Assembly: GCA_027488415.1 (NCBI GenBank)
Contig: JAIYBS010000210.1
Span: forward strand, 1-37,948
Direction of reading: 5' to 3'
DNA: 37,948 nucleotides
Origin: Planctomycetaceae bacterium
GTDB taxonomy: Bacteria > Planctomycetota > Phycisphaerae > Phycisphaerales > SM1A02
In this document: positions 27,101 to 34,950 of the stretch, piece by piece
How the letters are laid out: every line of letters starts with the position of its first letter
How positions within the stretch are numbered: position 1 is the stretch's first letter
The notes under the pieces: model-generated
Databases searched by the model: none
Told to the model about the DNA's origin: nothing
Seen by the model: only the letters and a program-made list of their open reading frames with translations
Position numbers and translations under genes: made by a program

Positions 27101-27319
27101 GGGCACGCCGTTGATCTGCCGCTCGAGCAGGCGGGTCACGACGTCCGACGTCGTGGACGCGGACGCGCCGGGGTAGAACGCCGTGACCTGCACGGTCGGC
27201 GGTGTGATCGGCGGGAACTGCGCCACCGGCAGGATCGTCATGGACAGCCCGCCGGCGATCACCATCAGCAGGGCGATCACCGTGGCGAAGATGGGGCGCC
27301 GGATGAAGAAGTCGATCAT
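24173..27319 (-). CDS. RND efflux transporter permease (AcrB/MexB-like, HAE1 family)
   Basis: Track ORF of 1048 aa. It has the canonical N-terminus MIDFFIRRPIFATVIALLMVIAGG, two large periplasmic loops and hydrophobic TM blocks. The start overlaps the MFP stop (ATGA at 27316..27319). Confidence 0.95.
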   Translation of the reverse strand: MIDFFIRRPIFATVIALLMVIAGGLSMTILPVAQFPPITPPTVQVTAFYPGASASTTSDVVTRLLERQINGVPGMIYMSSNSVNGGNAVITVTFDVGYDLSIGTVDVQNYAQTAIPQLPPEVQQQGIAVRKQSTDFVQVVGLRSPNGTYDGDFLSNYADIAIVQTLQRIPGVAQVANFGLRQYSMRVWLDTQRLASMGIQPQEVYLAISEQNRQAVGGQAGAAPYGDAQAPAFTMQVNALGRLQQVRDFEEIVVRSDDRGTVQVKDVARVELGAANYASVGKQDGETGALLGIFQLPGSNAFEIAKAVNSAMESLRKDFPQDIEYRINYDTTKFVRASISEVVETFWEAAVLVLVIIYVFLQSFRTTLIPMIAIPVSIIGTFAVMLGLGFSINTLTLLGLVLAIGIVVDDAIVVVENVERKFEHGETDPFRAASAAMKEVAGPIVATTLSLAAVFVPAALMPGVTGQLYNQFAMTIAISVILSGINSLTLSPALAAIFLRPRQMAKTGPFGAFNRAFGRTELAYEALVGWLIRRWMVAGAVFALAIAAALWLVATASTAFVPDEDNGYFFVAYQLPAGTPLERTNAFAAQAREIVAAQPEVETVIEINGTNFLANAPQSNSGVLIPVLKPWDERPGAAHTTGAIVRRLQPLLWTLPGGMAFPFNPPSIPGLGTVGGFQLQLVDRAGLGTDRLFAAAQELIAEAAKHPDRVVGVSTFFQKDVPQVWLDIDRAKMQRLGVTVADAFTVLQLNFGSAYVNQFNRFNQVYQVYVQADAPNRMAPEDLDRLYVMNKERRMIPFSAFAHARTTTGPDNLTHYNVTDTVAINGAGAPGVSSGDATAFMEELCERVLPPGLAYEWTGITYQERKSSNAAPIVFTLAIVAVFLFLAAQYESWTLPVLVVGAVPFAALGALAGLRVLGMPLDVYAQIGLVMLIGLAAKNAILIVEFAKEGSEHGKSPVEAAMDAARLRLRPILMTAFSFILGVVPLVIATGAGANARRSIGVTVLVGLAVSTLLSLVIVPVFYALLVIVRDRVWGADAAAPAAEPAKH

Positions 27320-28464
27320 CGCGCGGCCTTGTCCATCCGCTCCTGCACCTGCGCCTCGACGGCGGCGCGCATCGCCTCGGGCGAGACGGTCTGCGCGCCG
27401 TCGTAGAGCTTCTGCATGCCCTCGACGACCACCTGGTCGGCGGCGCCGATGCCCTCGGTGATGACGATGCCGGCGCCGCCGCGGGGGCCGGTCTTGACGA
27501 CCTTCTGGCGGGCCTTGCCCTCGCCGTCGACCGTCCAGAGCGTCGCCGCCGCGGTCTGGTAGACGATCGCCTGCTCGGGCACGGTCACCGCGCCCTCGAG
27601 CCGGTCGACCTCGAGGCGCACGTTCACGTAGGCGCCCGGAGCCATCAGCCGGTCCGCGTTCGGCACCTCGAGCCGGGTGCGGATCGTCGCGGTGTCACGG
27701 TTCACGGTGTTGTCGAGGAACACGACCTTGCCGTTGCGGCTCCAGCCGCCGCCGGGGAGCGACGCGACCGTCGAGGCGTCGCCGTCCTTGAGCATGCGCC
27801 GGAGCGCGGGGATGTCCATGTCGACCGGCTGGAACTCGACCCACATCGGGTCCATCTGCCGGACGGTGACGAGCACCTGCTGCGGCGTGACGTAGGTGCC
27901 CGGGTAGATGTTGGTCGCGCTGGCCTGCCCGTCCGCCGGGCTCGCGACGCGCGTGAACGAGAGATCGAGGTTCGCCTGGTCGAGGAGCGCGCGCCTGGCC
28001 GCGAGGTTCGCAGTGGCGACGCGCTCGTTCGCGATCAGGCGGTCGAACTCCTGCTGCGAGATTGCGCTCACCTCGACGAGCGGCCGGTTGCGCGCCACCA
28101 TATCGGAGGCGTTGCGGAGCTCGGCCTGGACGATCGCCACGTCGGCCTTCGCCTTCTCGACGGCGACCTCGTAGGGCCGCGGGTCGATGACGTAGAGCAT
28201 CTGGCCGTCCGTCACGTCCTGGCCGTTGGCGAAGCCCTGCGCGTCGATCCAGCCGGCGACGCGCGGGATGACGTCGACGGTACGGACGCTCATCGTGATG
28301 CCCGGGTAGTCGCGGTGCACCGGCACGTCGGCGACCGTCGGCGTGACGGTGCGCACGGGCGCTGGCGGCGGCCCGGCGGGCGCGGCCGGCGGCTTGGAGC
28401 AGGCCGCCGCGGCGAGCGCGGCGCAGGCGAGGGTGGCTCGGAGCGTCTTCATGGTGTGGCTCAT
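27316..28464 (-). CDS. RND efflux periplasmic adaptor (membrane fusion protein), lipoprotein
   Basis: In-frame ATG 28464 (alternative 28452) within track ORF 27316..29832, 5 nt after the OMF stop. The signal plus lipobox is LACAALAAAACS. It has the coiled-coil hairpin and beta-barrel pattern of HlyD/AcrA proteins (YVIDPRPYEVAVEKAKADVA...LDLSFTRVASPADG). Confidence 0.85.
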   Translation of the reverse strand: MSHTMKTLRATLACAALAAAACSKPPAAPAGPPPAPVRTVTPTVADVPVHRDYPGITMSVRTVDVIPRVAGWIDAQGFANGQDVTDGQMLYVIDPRPYEVAVEKAKADVAIVQAELRNASDMVARNRPLVEVSAISQQEFDRLIANERVATANLAARRALLDQANLDLSFTRVASPADGQASATNIYPGTYVTPQQVLVTVRQMDPMWVEFQPVDMDIPALRRMLKDGDASTVASLPGGGWSRNGKVVFLDNTVNRDTATIRTRLEVPNADRLMAPGAYVNVRLEVDRLEGAVTVPEQAIVYQTAAATLWTVDGEGKARQKVVKTGPRGGAGIVITEGIGAADQVVVEGMQKLYDGAQTVSPEAMRAAVEAQVQERMDKAAR

Positions 28465-28469
28465 CGGGG

Positions 28470-29987
28470 TCAGCCCTCGGTCCGCCCGCCGTTCGGGGCG
28501 AGGAAGTCGTTGGCCGTCGGGGTCGGGTTGAAGCGCCGCACGTCGTCCACGGCGGGCGGCATCGGGCTCATCTCCCAGCCGCCGCCGAGCGACCGGTACA
28601 GCTCGACGCAGTTCTGCGCCATGAGGCCTTCTGCCTGCGCGAGTCCGTCGCGCGCGACGACGTACGCCTGCAGGTATTGGATGAGCCGAGTGATGTCGAT
28701 CGTGCCGGCGCGGTACTGGAGGAACGCCAGGTCGAACGCGGCCTGGATCTCGCGGGCGCTGTCCGTGTAGCTGCTGCGCACCACGCGCGCGGCGTTGAAC
28801 GACGCGATCGACGACTCCACCTGGTTCACGGCAGTGATCACGGCGAGCTGGTACCGCAGCAGCGCATCGGCCGCCCGCGCCTTCGACTGGATCACGCGCG
28901 CCTCGGCGGCCCCGGTGAGGATGTCCATGAACCGCCAGGTCACGGCCGGGGTGATCCCGTAGGTCATGTTGTTGTTCCAGTCCGCGAGGCTGTCGAAGTT
29001 CGGCGTCTGGATGATGAAGTTGCCGGTGAAGCTGAAGCGCGGCAGGTAGCCGGCCTCGGCGATGCCGATCTGCGCGGTCGCGGCTTGGAGCGCGCGCTCG
29101 GCAGCCTGCACGTCGGGCCGCCGCTCGAGGAGCGTGGCGGGAAGCCCGACGGAGATCGGCATCTCGACGTTCGGTACCGGGCGGTCCTCGGTCACGACCT
29201 TGCGCACGTGCTCCGGGGTCTCGCCGAGCAGGATCGCGAGCCCCGCAACCTGCTGCGCGATCAGGCCGTCGAAGCGGTTCGCGTCGCCGAGCGCGGATGC
29301 CTGGCGGGAGCGGACCTCCGCCAGCTCCACCTTGGAGCCGGCCTGGAATCGCACCTTCTTCTCGATGGCGTCGACCAGCTTGCCGTAGCCCGTGGCGAGG
29401 TCGCGGAACGCCGCGCGCTGCGACTGCAGCTGCCGGATGGTCACGTACGCCTGCGCGACCTCCGCACGCACGCTGACGAGCGCCGCGCGGTACTGGGCGG
29501 CACTCATCTGCACGTTCGACACGCCCGACTCGATCTGCCGTCGCACCGCGCCCCAGACGTCGAGCTCCCAGTACGCGCTCGCGACGTTCCACTGCCAGTT
29601 GTTGAACGGCTCGCGCAGCGCGTCCGGGTTCGGCACGCCGAGCTGGTTCGCGTCGATCCGGCGCCGGTCGTAGGCGATGCCCGTGTTGATGTCGGGAAAC
29701 AGCTTCGAGAAGTCCACCGTGTACTGCGCGCGGTACGTCTCGAGCGCGAGCAGCGAGCGGCGCAGGTCGATGTTCTGCAGGTCCGCGCGAGCCACGAGCT
29801 CGTCGAGCACGGGGTCGCGGAAGTTCTGCCACCAGCGCTCCGAGCGCGGCTCGGTCGCGTCGAGGCCGGGCCCGCGCGTCGCGGTGAACCGCTCGCCCGC
29901 GGCGATCTCGGGCCGCTGGTAGTCAGGGCCGATGGCGCAGCCGCCGAGCGCGAGCGCGGCGAGGATCATGGATGCGGTCGTCCGCAT
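28470..29987 (-). CDS. Efflux outer-membrane factor lipoprotein (NodT/OprM family)
   Basis: Track ORF. MRTTASMILAALALGGCAIGPDYQRPE is the lipobox plus the typical NodT start, followed by two TolC-type repeat halves. Confidence 0.9.
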   Translation of the reverse strand: MRTTASMILAALALGGCAIGPDYQRPEIAAGERFTATRGPGLDATEPRSERWWQNFRDPVLDELVARADLQNIDLRRSLLALETYRAQYTVDFSKLFPDINTGIAYDRRRIDANQLGVPNPDALREPFNNWQWNVASAYWELDVWGAVRRQIESGVSNVQMSAAQYRAALVSVRAEVAQAYVTIRQLQSQRAAFRDLATGYGKLVDAIEKKVRFQAGSKVELAEVRSRQASALGDANRFDGLIAQQVAGLAILLGETPEHVRKVVTEDRPVPNVEMPISVGLPATLLERRPDVQAAERALQAATAQIGIAEAGYLPRFSFTGNFIIQTPNFDSLADWNNNMTYGITPAVTWRFMDILTGAAEARVIQSKARAADALLRYQLAVITAVNQVESSIASFNAARVVRSSYTDSAREIQAAFDLAFLQYRAGTIDITRLIQYLQAYVVARDGLAQAEGLMAQNCVELYRSLGGGWEMSPMPPAVDDVRRFNPTPTANDFLAPNGGRTEG

Positions 29988-30068
29988 CCGGGCAAGTGTA
30001 GTGGTCGGGCCGGAGCCCTCCCCGGCGATCGCCGGATGGCCGGTTGCGTTCCCGTCGACGTGCCGCGC

Positions 30069-30932
30069 TCAGGCCGTGGCGTGCGACTTCGCGCCGTCGA
30101 GGATCCGCTGCGCGTAGGTGTTCATCGCGTCGCGCAGCTGCTCGAAGCTGTCGAGCACGTAGAGGATCGGCTGATAATGGTCGATCTCGAAGCTCGTGCT
30201 GCAGACGGTCTCGAGGTCGAACGGGCGTCGATCGACCTCGGGCGAGGTCAGCGCGTGCTTGCTCTCGCCGGGGCTGGAGATCAGGCCGCTGCCGTACAGG
30301 CGGTTGCGGCCGCCCTCGCGGATCAGGCCGAACTCGACGGTGAACCAGAAGAGCCGCGCGAGGCGCTCGGTGTGGTGCGGGTCGTCGGTGGTCAGCGCGG
30401 CCTTGCCGTAGGTCTGCAGGAAGTCGGCGAAGGTCGGGTCGGCGTGCAGCGGCACGTGGCCGAAGATGTCGTGGAAGATGTCCGGCTCGGGCAGGTAGTC
30501 GATCGACTCCTTCGGGCGGATCACGATCGTGGTCGGGAACTCGCGGCGCGCGAGGCAGGCGAAGAACGCCTTCGCGGGCAGGTAGCCGGGGACGGCCTTG
30601 CTCTGCCAGCCCGTGAGCGGCTTGAGGAAGGTGTTCACCGACCTCGGCCCCTCGAGGTAGGGGATGTAGTCGCGCACGAGCTTGATGCTCGCCGCGCCCG
30701 TGAGGTAGACGTTGCTCGCGTTGTCGGCGAGGAACGCCATCTGGCGGTCGTACAGCGTGCGCCAGGTCTCCTGGTTCTCCTCGGTGTAGCCCGCGTAGTT
30801 CTGGTCGATGTACGCCTGCGTGATGTCGGGGAAGCCCGGCTCGCCGAAGCGGTTCGCGTAGTCCTGCGCGGCGCGCCCCTTGGGGCCGTCGATCATCGCG
30901 TGGTTGAGGCTGCCCGACATCTTGTTCGCCAT
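30069..30932 (-). CDS. phhA: Phenylalanine 4-hydroxylase (biopterin-dependent aromatic amino-acid hydroxylase)
   Basis: Track ORF with LPEPDIFHDIFGHVPLH and LFWFTVEFGL (His/His/Glu iron ligands) and YGSGLISS. Confidence 0.9.
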   Translation of the reverse strand: MANKMSGSLNHAMIDGPKGRAAQDYANRFGEPGFPDITQAYIDQNYAGYTEENQETWRTLYDRQMAFLADNASNVYLTGAASIKLVRDYIPYLEGPRSVNTFLKPLTGWQSKAVPGYLPAKAFFACLARREFPTTIVIRPKESIDYLPEPDIFHDIFGHVPLHADPTFADFLQTYGKAALTTDDPHHTERLARLFWFTVEFGLIREGGRNRLYGSGLISSPGESKHALTSPEVDRRPFDLETVCSTSFEIDHYQPILYVLDSFEQLRDAMNTYAQRILDGAKSHATA

Positions 30933-30962
30933 GCCGGGATTGTAGGGGGAGCCGCCGGGAAT

Positions 30963-31586
30963 TCAGCGCGCCGACGCCGCGATGCGCTCGAGCCAGGGAC
31001 GGACCTCCGCCGGGGCCGCAAACGGCGGCTCCGCGGGAATGCGGGCGATCCCGATCTGCGCACGCGCGTCGATGCCCCAGGGGTCGACCCCGACGACCTT
31101 CGGGTCGACGAGCCGATGCCCGCCGGACGAGGCCGTGGCGGCCGCCGCGATCACCGCCGGCTGGCAGTGCGCGTTCAGCTCCTTGCAGAGCGCGGGCTCC
31201 TGCGCGGCGAACGCGTTCGGCCGCACCAGCGCCTGCCCGTCGATGAAGTAGCCCTTGAAGCGCGCGGCATCCACCTGCACCTTGGCCCAGCGCACGTCCG
31301 GCGGCTCGCCGTGATAGAAGCACCAGCGGTCGCAGAGCGCGCCGTCCGGGCCCTCCTCGGTGATCTGCTCGAGCGTCACCTGCAGCACGAGCGACTCGTC
31401 GGAGTCGTCCGGCAGCTCGATCGCGACGTCGACGGCACGGAGCATCGCCACCATCACCGGCGCGACGAGGTTCCCGTCGGGCGTCGGCGCGACGCGGATC
31501 TCGACGCGCTCCCCGTCGAATCGGATGCGCCCCGAGAGGTGCGCGCGCAGGAACCGGTATGCCTCTTCGGCGATCTCGTCGCTCAT
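30963..31586 (-). CDS. Hypothetical protein, DUF2470-like C-terminus (heme-utilisation/HugZ-related fold?)
   Basis: Track ORF 30963..31628. I prefer ATG 31586 (MSDEIAEE...) because the upstream start would overlap the divergent aroDE start. The C-terminal pattern LNAHCQPAV...VVGVDPWGIDAR...PAEVRPWLERI resembles DUF2470. The family call is weak. Confidence 0.55.
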   Translation of the reverse strand: MSDEIAEEAYRFLRAHLSGRIRFDGERVEIRVAPTPDGNLVAPVMVAMLRAVDVAIELPDDSDESLVLQVTLEQITEEGPDGALCDRWCFYHGEPPDVRWAKVQVDAARFKGYFIDGQALVRPNAFAAQEPALCKELNAHCQPAVIAAAATASSGGHRLVDPKVVGVDPWGIDARAQIGIARIPAEPPFAAPAEVRPWLERIAASAR

Positions 31587-31621
31587 CGCGCGGATCGTAT
31601 CGCGCGCCCTACGATGCCCGC

Positions 31622-33247
31622 GTGACACACCTCTGCGTCTCCATCGCGGTCGAGTCGCCGGACGAGATCGACGCGGCGCTCGCCGACGCGCGGCGCTCGG
31701 CGGAGCGCGGCGCCGACCTCGTGGAATGGCGCGTCGACGCGCTCGCGGAGCAGGAGGGCGCGCTCGCGCACGTCCGGCGGCTGGTGCGCGAGTCGCCGGT
31801 TCCCTGCATCGTGACCGTGCGCGGCGCGCGCGAGGGCGGCGACTGGAACGGGAGCGACCAGGACCGGGTCTCGTTCCTCGAGGCCCTCTGCACCGCCGAG
31901 GGCGAGCCCGCCCCCGCGTACGTCGACTTCGAGCTCGCGGACTTCCAGCGCAGCGCGAACATCCGTCAGAAGGTCGAGCTCTGCGTCTCGCACCCGGGGC
32001 AGGTGCGCGCGGTCGGCACGCGGCTCATCCTCAGCGCGCACGACTTCGACGGACGACCCGCGGACCTCTCGCGGCGCTGGGCGGCGATGGCGTCGGCCGA
32101 CTCCTGCGCGGTGGCGAAGGTCGCCTGGCGCGCCCGGAGCGTGCGCGACAACCTCGAGGCGTTCGAGCTGCTCCGCACGCGCGCGAAGCCCGCCGTCGCG
32201 ATCTGCATGGGCGAGGCGGGGCTCATGAGCCGCGTGCTCGCGCCGAAGTTCGGCGCGTTCCTCACCTTCGCGCACGCCGGAACCGCCGCCGACGCGGAGC
32301 GCGCGGCCGCGCGCGCGTCCGGCACGGCGCCGGGGCAGCCGTCGGTCGAGGAGCTCGTGGAGCGCTGGGGATTCCGGCGGATCGGGCCGGCGACCCGCGT
32401 CCTCGGCGTGATCGGATGGCCGGTCGCCCACTCCCGCAGCCCCGAGGTGCACAACGCCTGGTTCCGCGAGCGCGGCGCCGATGCCGTCTACCTGCCGATC
32501 CCGGTGCCGCCGGAGTACGAGCACTTCAAGGCGACCGTCGCCGAGCTCCTCGACTTCGCGCCGCTCGACTTCCGCGGCGCGAGCGTGACGCTGCCGCACA
32601 AGGAGCACCTCGTGCGCTTCGTGCGCGAGCGCGGCGGGCACGTGGACGCGATCGCCGCGCGGATCGGCGCCGCCAACACGCTGCTCGTGGAGCCGGGCGG
32701 CGCCGTCTCGTGCACGAACACCGACGCGCCGGCGGCGGTCGACGCGCTGTGCGAGGGGATGGGCATCGAGCGCGCCGCGCTCCGCGAGAAGCGCGTCGCC
32801 GTGCTCGGCGCGGGCGGCGTCGCGCGCGCGGTCGCGGCCGGTCTCGCCGACGAGGGCGCGCGGGTCGTCGTCTTCAACCGCAGCGAGGACCGCGCGCGCG
32901 CGATGTGCGAGGACCTGATGCGCGGGACCCACGACGATGGCAACGGCTGCGGCCCGTTCGAGGGACGCATCGTCGCCGGACGCGCCTCGGAGATCGGCTG
33001 CGGCTGCTTCCACGCGTTCGTCAACTGCACGCCGGTCGGCATGGCGGGCGGGCCCGAGCCCGACGGCATCCCGCTCCCGGACGAGGTGCCGCTCGACGGC
33101 TCGGTGACGGTGATGGACACGGTCTACGCGCCGCGTGAGACGCCGCTCCTCCGCGTGGCGAGGTCCCGCGGCGCGCGGACGGTCGACGGCTGGTCGATGT
33201 TCCTCCGGCAGGCCGAGCGCCAGTCGCGGCTCTGGCGCGTCGACTGA
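31622..33247 (+). CDS. aroDE: Bifunctional 3-dehydroquinate dehydratase (type I) / shikimate 5-dehydrogenase (AroD-AroE fusion)
   Basis: Track ORF 31559..33247. I prefer GTG 31622 (VTHLCVSIAV...), matching the short N-terminus of type I AroD (DLVEWRVDAL; AKVAW with catalytic Lys context). The C-half VLGVIGWPVAHSRSPEVHNAWF...GASVTLPHK...NTD...VLGAGGVARAV is AroE. The start codon is uncertain by 63 nt. Confidence 0.85.
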   Translation: MTHLCVSIAVESPDEIDAALADARRSAERGADLVEWRVDALAEQEGALAHVRRLVRESPVPCIVTVRGAREGGDWNGSDQDRVSFLEALCTAEGEPAPAYVDFELADFQRSANIRQKVELCVSHPGQVRAVGTRLILSAHDFDGRPADLSRRWAAMASADSCAVAKVAWRARSVRDNLEAFELLRTRAKPAVAICMGEAGLMSRVLAPKFGAFLTFAHAGTAADAERAAARASGTAPGQPSVEELVERWGFRRIGPATRVLGVIGWPVAHSRSPEVHNAWFRERGADAVYLPIPVPPEYEHFKATVAELLDFAPLDFRGASVTLPHKEHLVRFVRERGGHVDAIAARIGAANTLLVEPGGAVSCTNTDAPAAVDALCEGMGIERAALREKRVAVLGAGGVARAVAAGLADEGARVVVFNRSEDRARAMCEDLMRGTHDDGNGCGPFEGRIVAGRASEIGCGCFHAFVNCTPVGMAGGPEPDGIPLPDEVPLDGSVTVMDTVYAPRETPLLRVARSRGARTVDGWSMFLRQAERQSRLWRVD

Positions 33248-33295
33248 GCGGGCTTCGGGCAAGTTGCGCCGTCGGCACGGCTATCCTCACCCTCG

Positions 33296-34468
33296 ATGCT
33301 CAGCTACCGCACGGCCGGCGAATCGCACGGACCCACGATGCTCGCGTTCGTCGAGGGAATCCCCGCGGGCCTGCGCGTCGACACCGACTTCATCGACGCG
33401 GAGCTCGCGCGCCGCCAGGGGGGCTACGGTCGCGGCGCGCGCCAGCGGATCGAGACCGACCGCGTGCGCGTCCTCTCGGGCGTGCGCGCGGGCGTCACGC
33501 TCGGCTCGCCCGTGGTGCTCGAGGTCGCGAACAAGGACAGCCGCCTCGACGACCTCGAGCGCACCCCGCCCGTGACCCGCCCGCGCCCGGGCCACGCCGA
33601 CCTCGCCGGCAGCGTCAAGTGGCTGACCGCCGACTGCCGCGGCACGCTCGAGCGCGCGAGCGCGCGCGAGACCGCGGCGCGCGTCGCGGCGGGCGCGCTG
33701 TCTCGGCTCGTGCTCCGCGAGTTCGGCATCGAGGCGTTCGGCTTCGTGAGCGGCGCGATCGACGCGACCTGCGCGGTCGAGGTCGACGCGGCGGGGCTCG
33801 CGGGCCTGCGCGCCGCGCGCGACGCGAGCGAGGTCTACTGCCCCGACGCCGAGACGTCCGCGCGCATCGTCGATCACATCCACCGCGCGAAGACCGGGCA
33901 GGACACGGTCGGCGGCCGCGTCGAGGTGCACGTCCTCGGCGTTCCCGCCGGGCTCGGCACCTGCGTGCAGTGGGTCGACCGGCTCGACTCGCGCATCGCC
34001 GCGGCGGTGATGGGGATCCAGGCATTCAAGGCCGTCGAGATCGGCATGGGCGCCGACTGCGCATGGCATGTCGGCAGCGAGGTGCACGACCCGATCGAGT
34101 TCGACGCGTCGCGCACGGGCGAGCCGCACCTCGGGTTCGTGCGCCCCACGAACAACGCGGGCGGCCTCGAGGGCGGCATGACCAACGGCATGCCGGTCGT
34201 CGTCAAGGGCACGATGAAGCCGATCGCGACGCTCCTGCGCGGCATGCCGAGCGTCGACCTGGTGACGCACGCGGCGGAGCGGAGCCAGTACGAGCGCAGC
34301 GACGTGAGCGCGGTGGCCGCGGCGAGCGTCGTGATGGAGAACGTCGTCGCGTTCGAGGTCGCGCGCGCGTTCCTCCTGAAGTTCGGCGGCGACTCGATGG
34401 ACGAGCTGCGCTCGCACCACGACGCCACGATGCGCCTTGCTCGCGCGCTGCACGGAGGCGCGCGATGA
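33296..34468 (+). CDS. aroC: Chorismate synthase
   Basis: Track ORF with MLSYRTAGESHGP, RQGGYGRG, RPGHADL and SARETAARVAAG. Confidence 0.95.
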   Translation: MLSYRTAGESHGPTMLAFVEGIPAGLRVDTDFIDAELARRQGGYGRGARQRIETDRVRVLSGVRAGVTLGSPVVLEVANKDSRLDDLERTPPVTRPRPGHADLAGSVKWLTADCRGTLERASARETAARVAAGALSRLVLREFGIEAFGFVSGAIDATCAVEVDAAGLAGLRAARDASEVYCPDAETSARIVDHIHRAKTGQDTVGGRVEVHVLGVPAGLGTCVQWVDRLDSRIAAAVMGIQAFKAVEIGMGADCAWHVGSEVHDPIEFDASRTGEPHLGFVRPTNNAGGLEGGMTNGMPVVVKGTMKPIATLLRGMPSVDLVTHAAERSQYERSDVSAVAAASVVMENVVAFEVARAFLLKFGGDSMDELRSHHDATMRLARALHGGAR

Positions 34469-34914
34469 CCGCGGTGCCCCACGACGTGGCATCCGCGGCC
34501 GGCGCGAAGGCCGGCCTCGACGCCGTCGTCCGCGCGTTCGGCGCCGACTCGGGCACGCTTCACTTCCTGGGGTCCGACGGTCAGCTGCACCTCGCGGCGC
34601 TCCACGGGCAGCTTCCTCCGCCGGTGCTCGCGCAGGTGCAGGTGATCCCCGTGGGCAAGGGCATGGCCGGCGAGTGCGCCCGCCTCAACGAGCCGGTCAC
34701 GTGGTGCAACCTGAACCAGGACGATCGCGGCGTCGTGCGCCCCGCGGCACGCACCACCGGAATGGCCGGCTCGATCGTCGTTCCCGTGCGCGGATCGACC
34801 GGCGAGCTCGCGGGCACCCTCGGCATCGCCAATCGCTCCGACCGCACGTTCACCGAGGCGGAGACCGAGCTGCTGCTCGCGTGCGCGGCCTCGCTGGCTC
34901 GGTTTCGCGGCTGA
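34465..34914 (+). CDS. Small stand-alone GAF-domain protein (GAF_2 / fRMsr-like fold)
   Basis: In-frame ATG 34465 within track ORF 33619..34914, overlapping the aroC stop (ATGA). IPVGKGMAGECA...GSIVVPVRGSTGELAGTLGIANRSDRTFTEAETELL parallels the core of small GAF proteins such as E. coli YebR. Confidence 0.7.
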   Translation: MTAVPHDVASAAGAKAGLDAVVRAFGADSGTLHFLGSDGQLHLAALHGQLPPPVLAQVQVIPVGKGMAGECARLNEPVTWCNLNQDDRGVVRPAARTTGMAGSIVVPVRGSTGELAGTLGIANRSDRTFTEAETELLLACAASLARFRG

Positions 34915-34950
34915 GCCCCCCTCCGCCCTGAAGTGGGGTCCGCGACCTGT

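Noticed and set aside
23382-27406. ORFs of 1125 aa (minus, other frame) and 1134 aa (plus) overlapping pepP and the RND gene
   Set aside because: The RND permease and M24B frames are unambiguous by family motifs. The overlapping ORFs are Arg/Asp/Gly-rich with no motifs.
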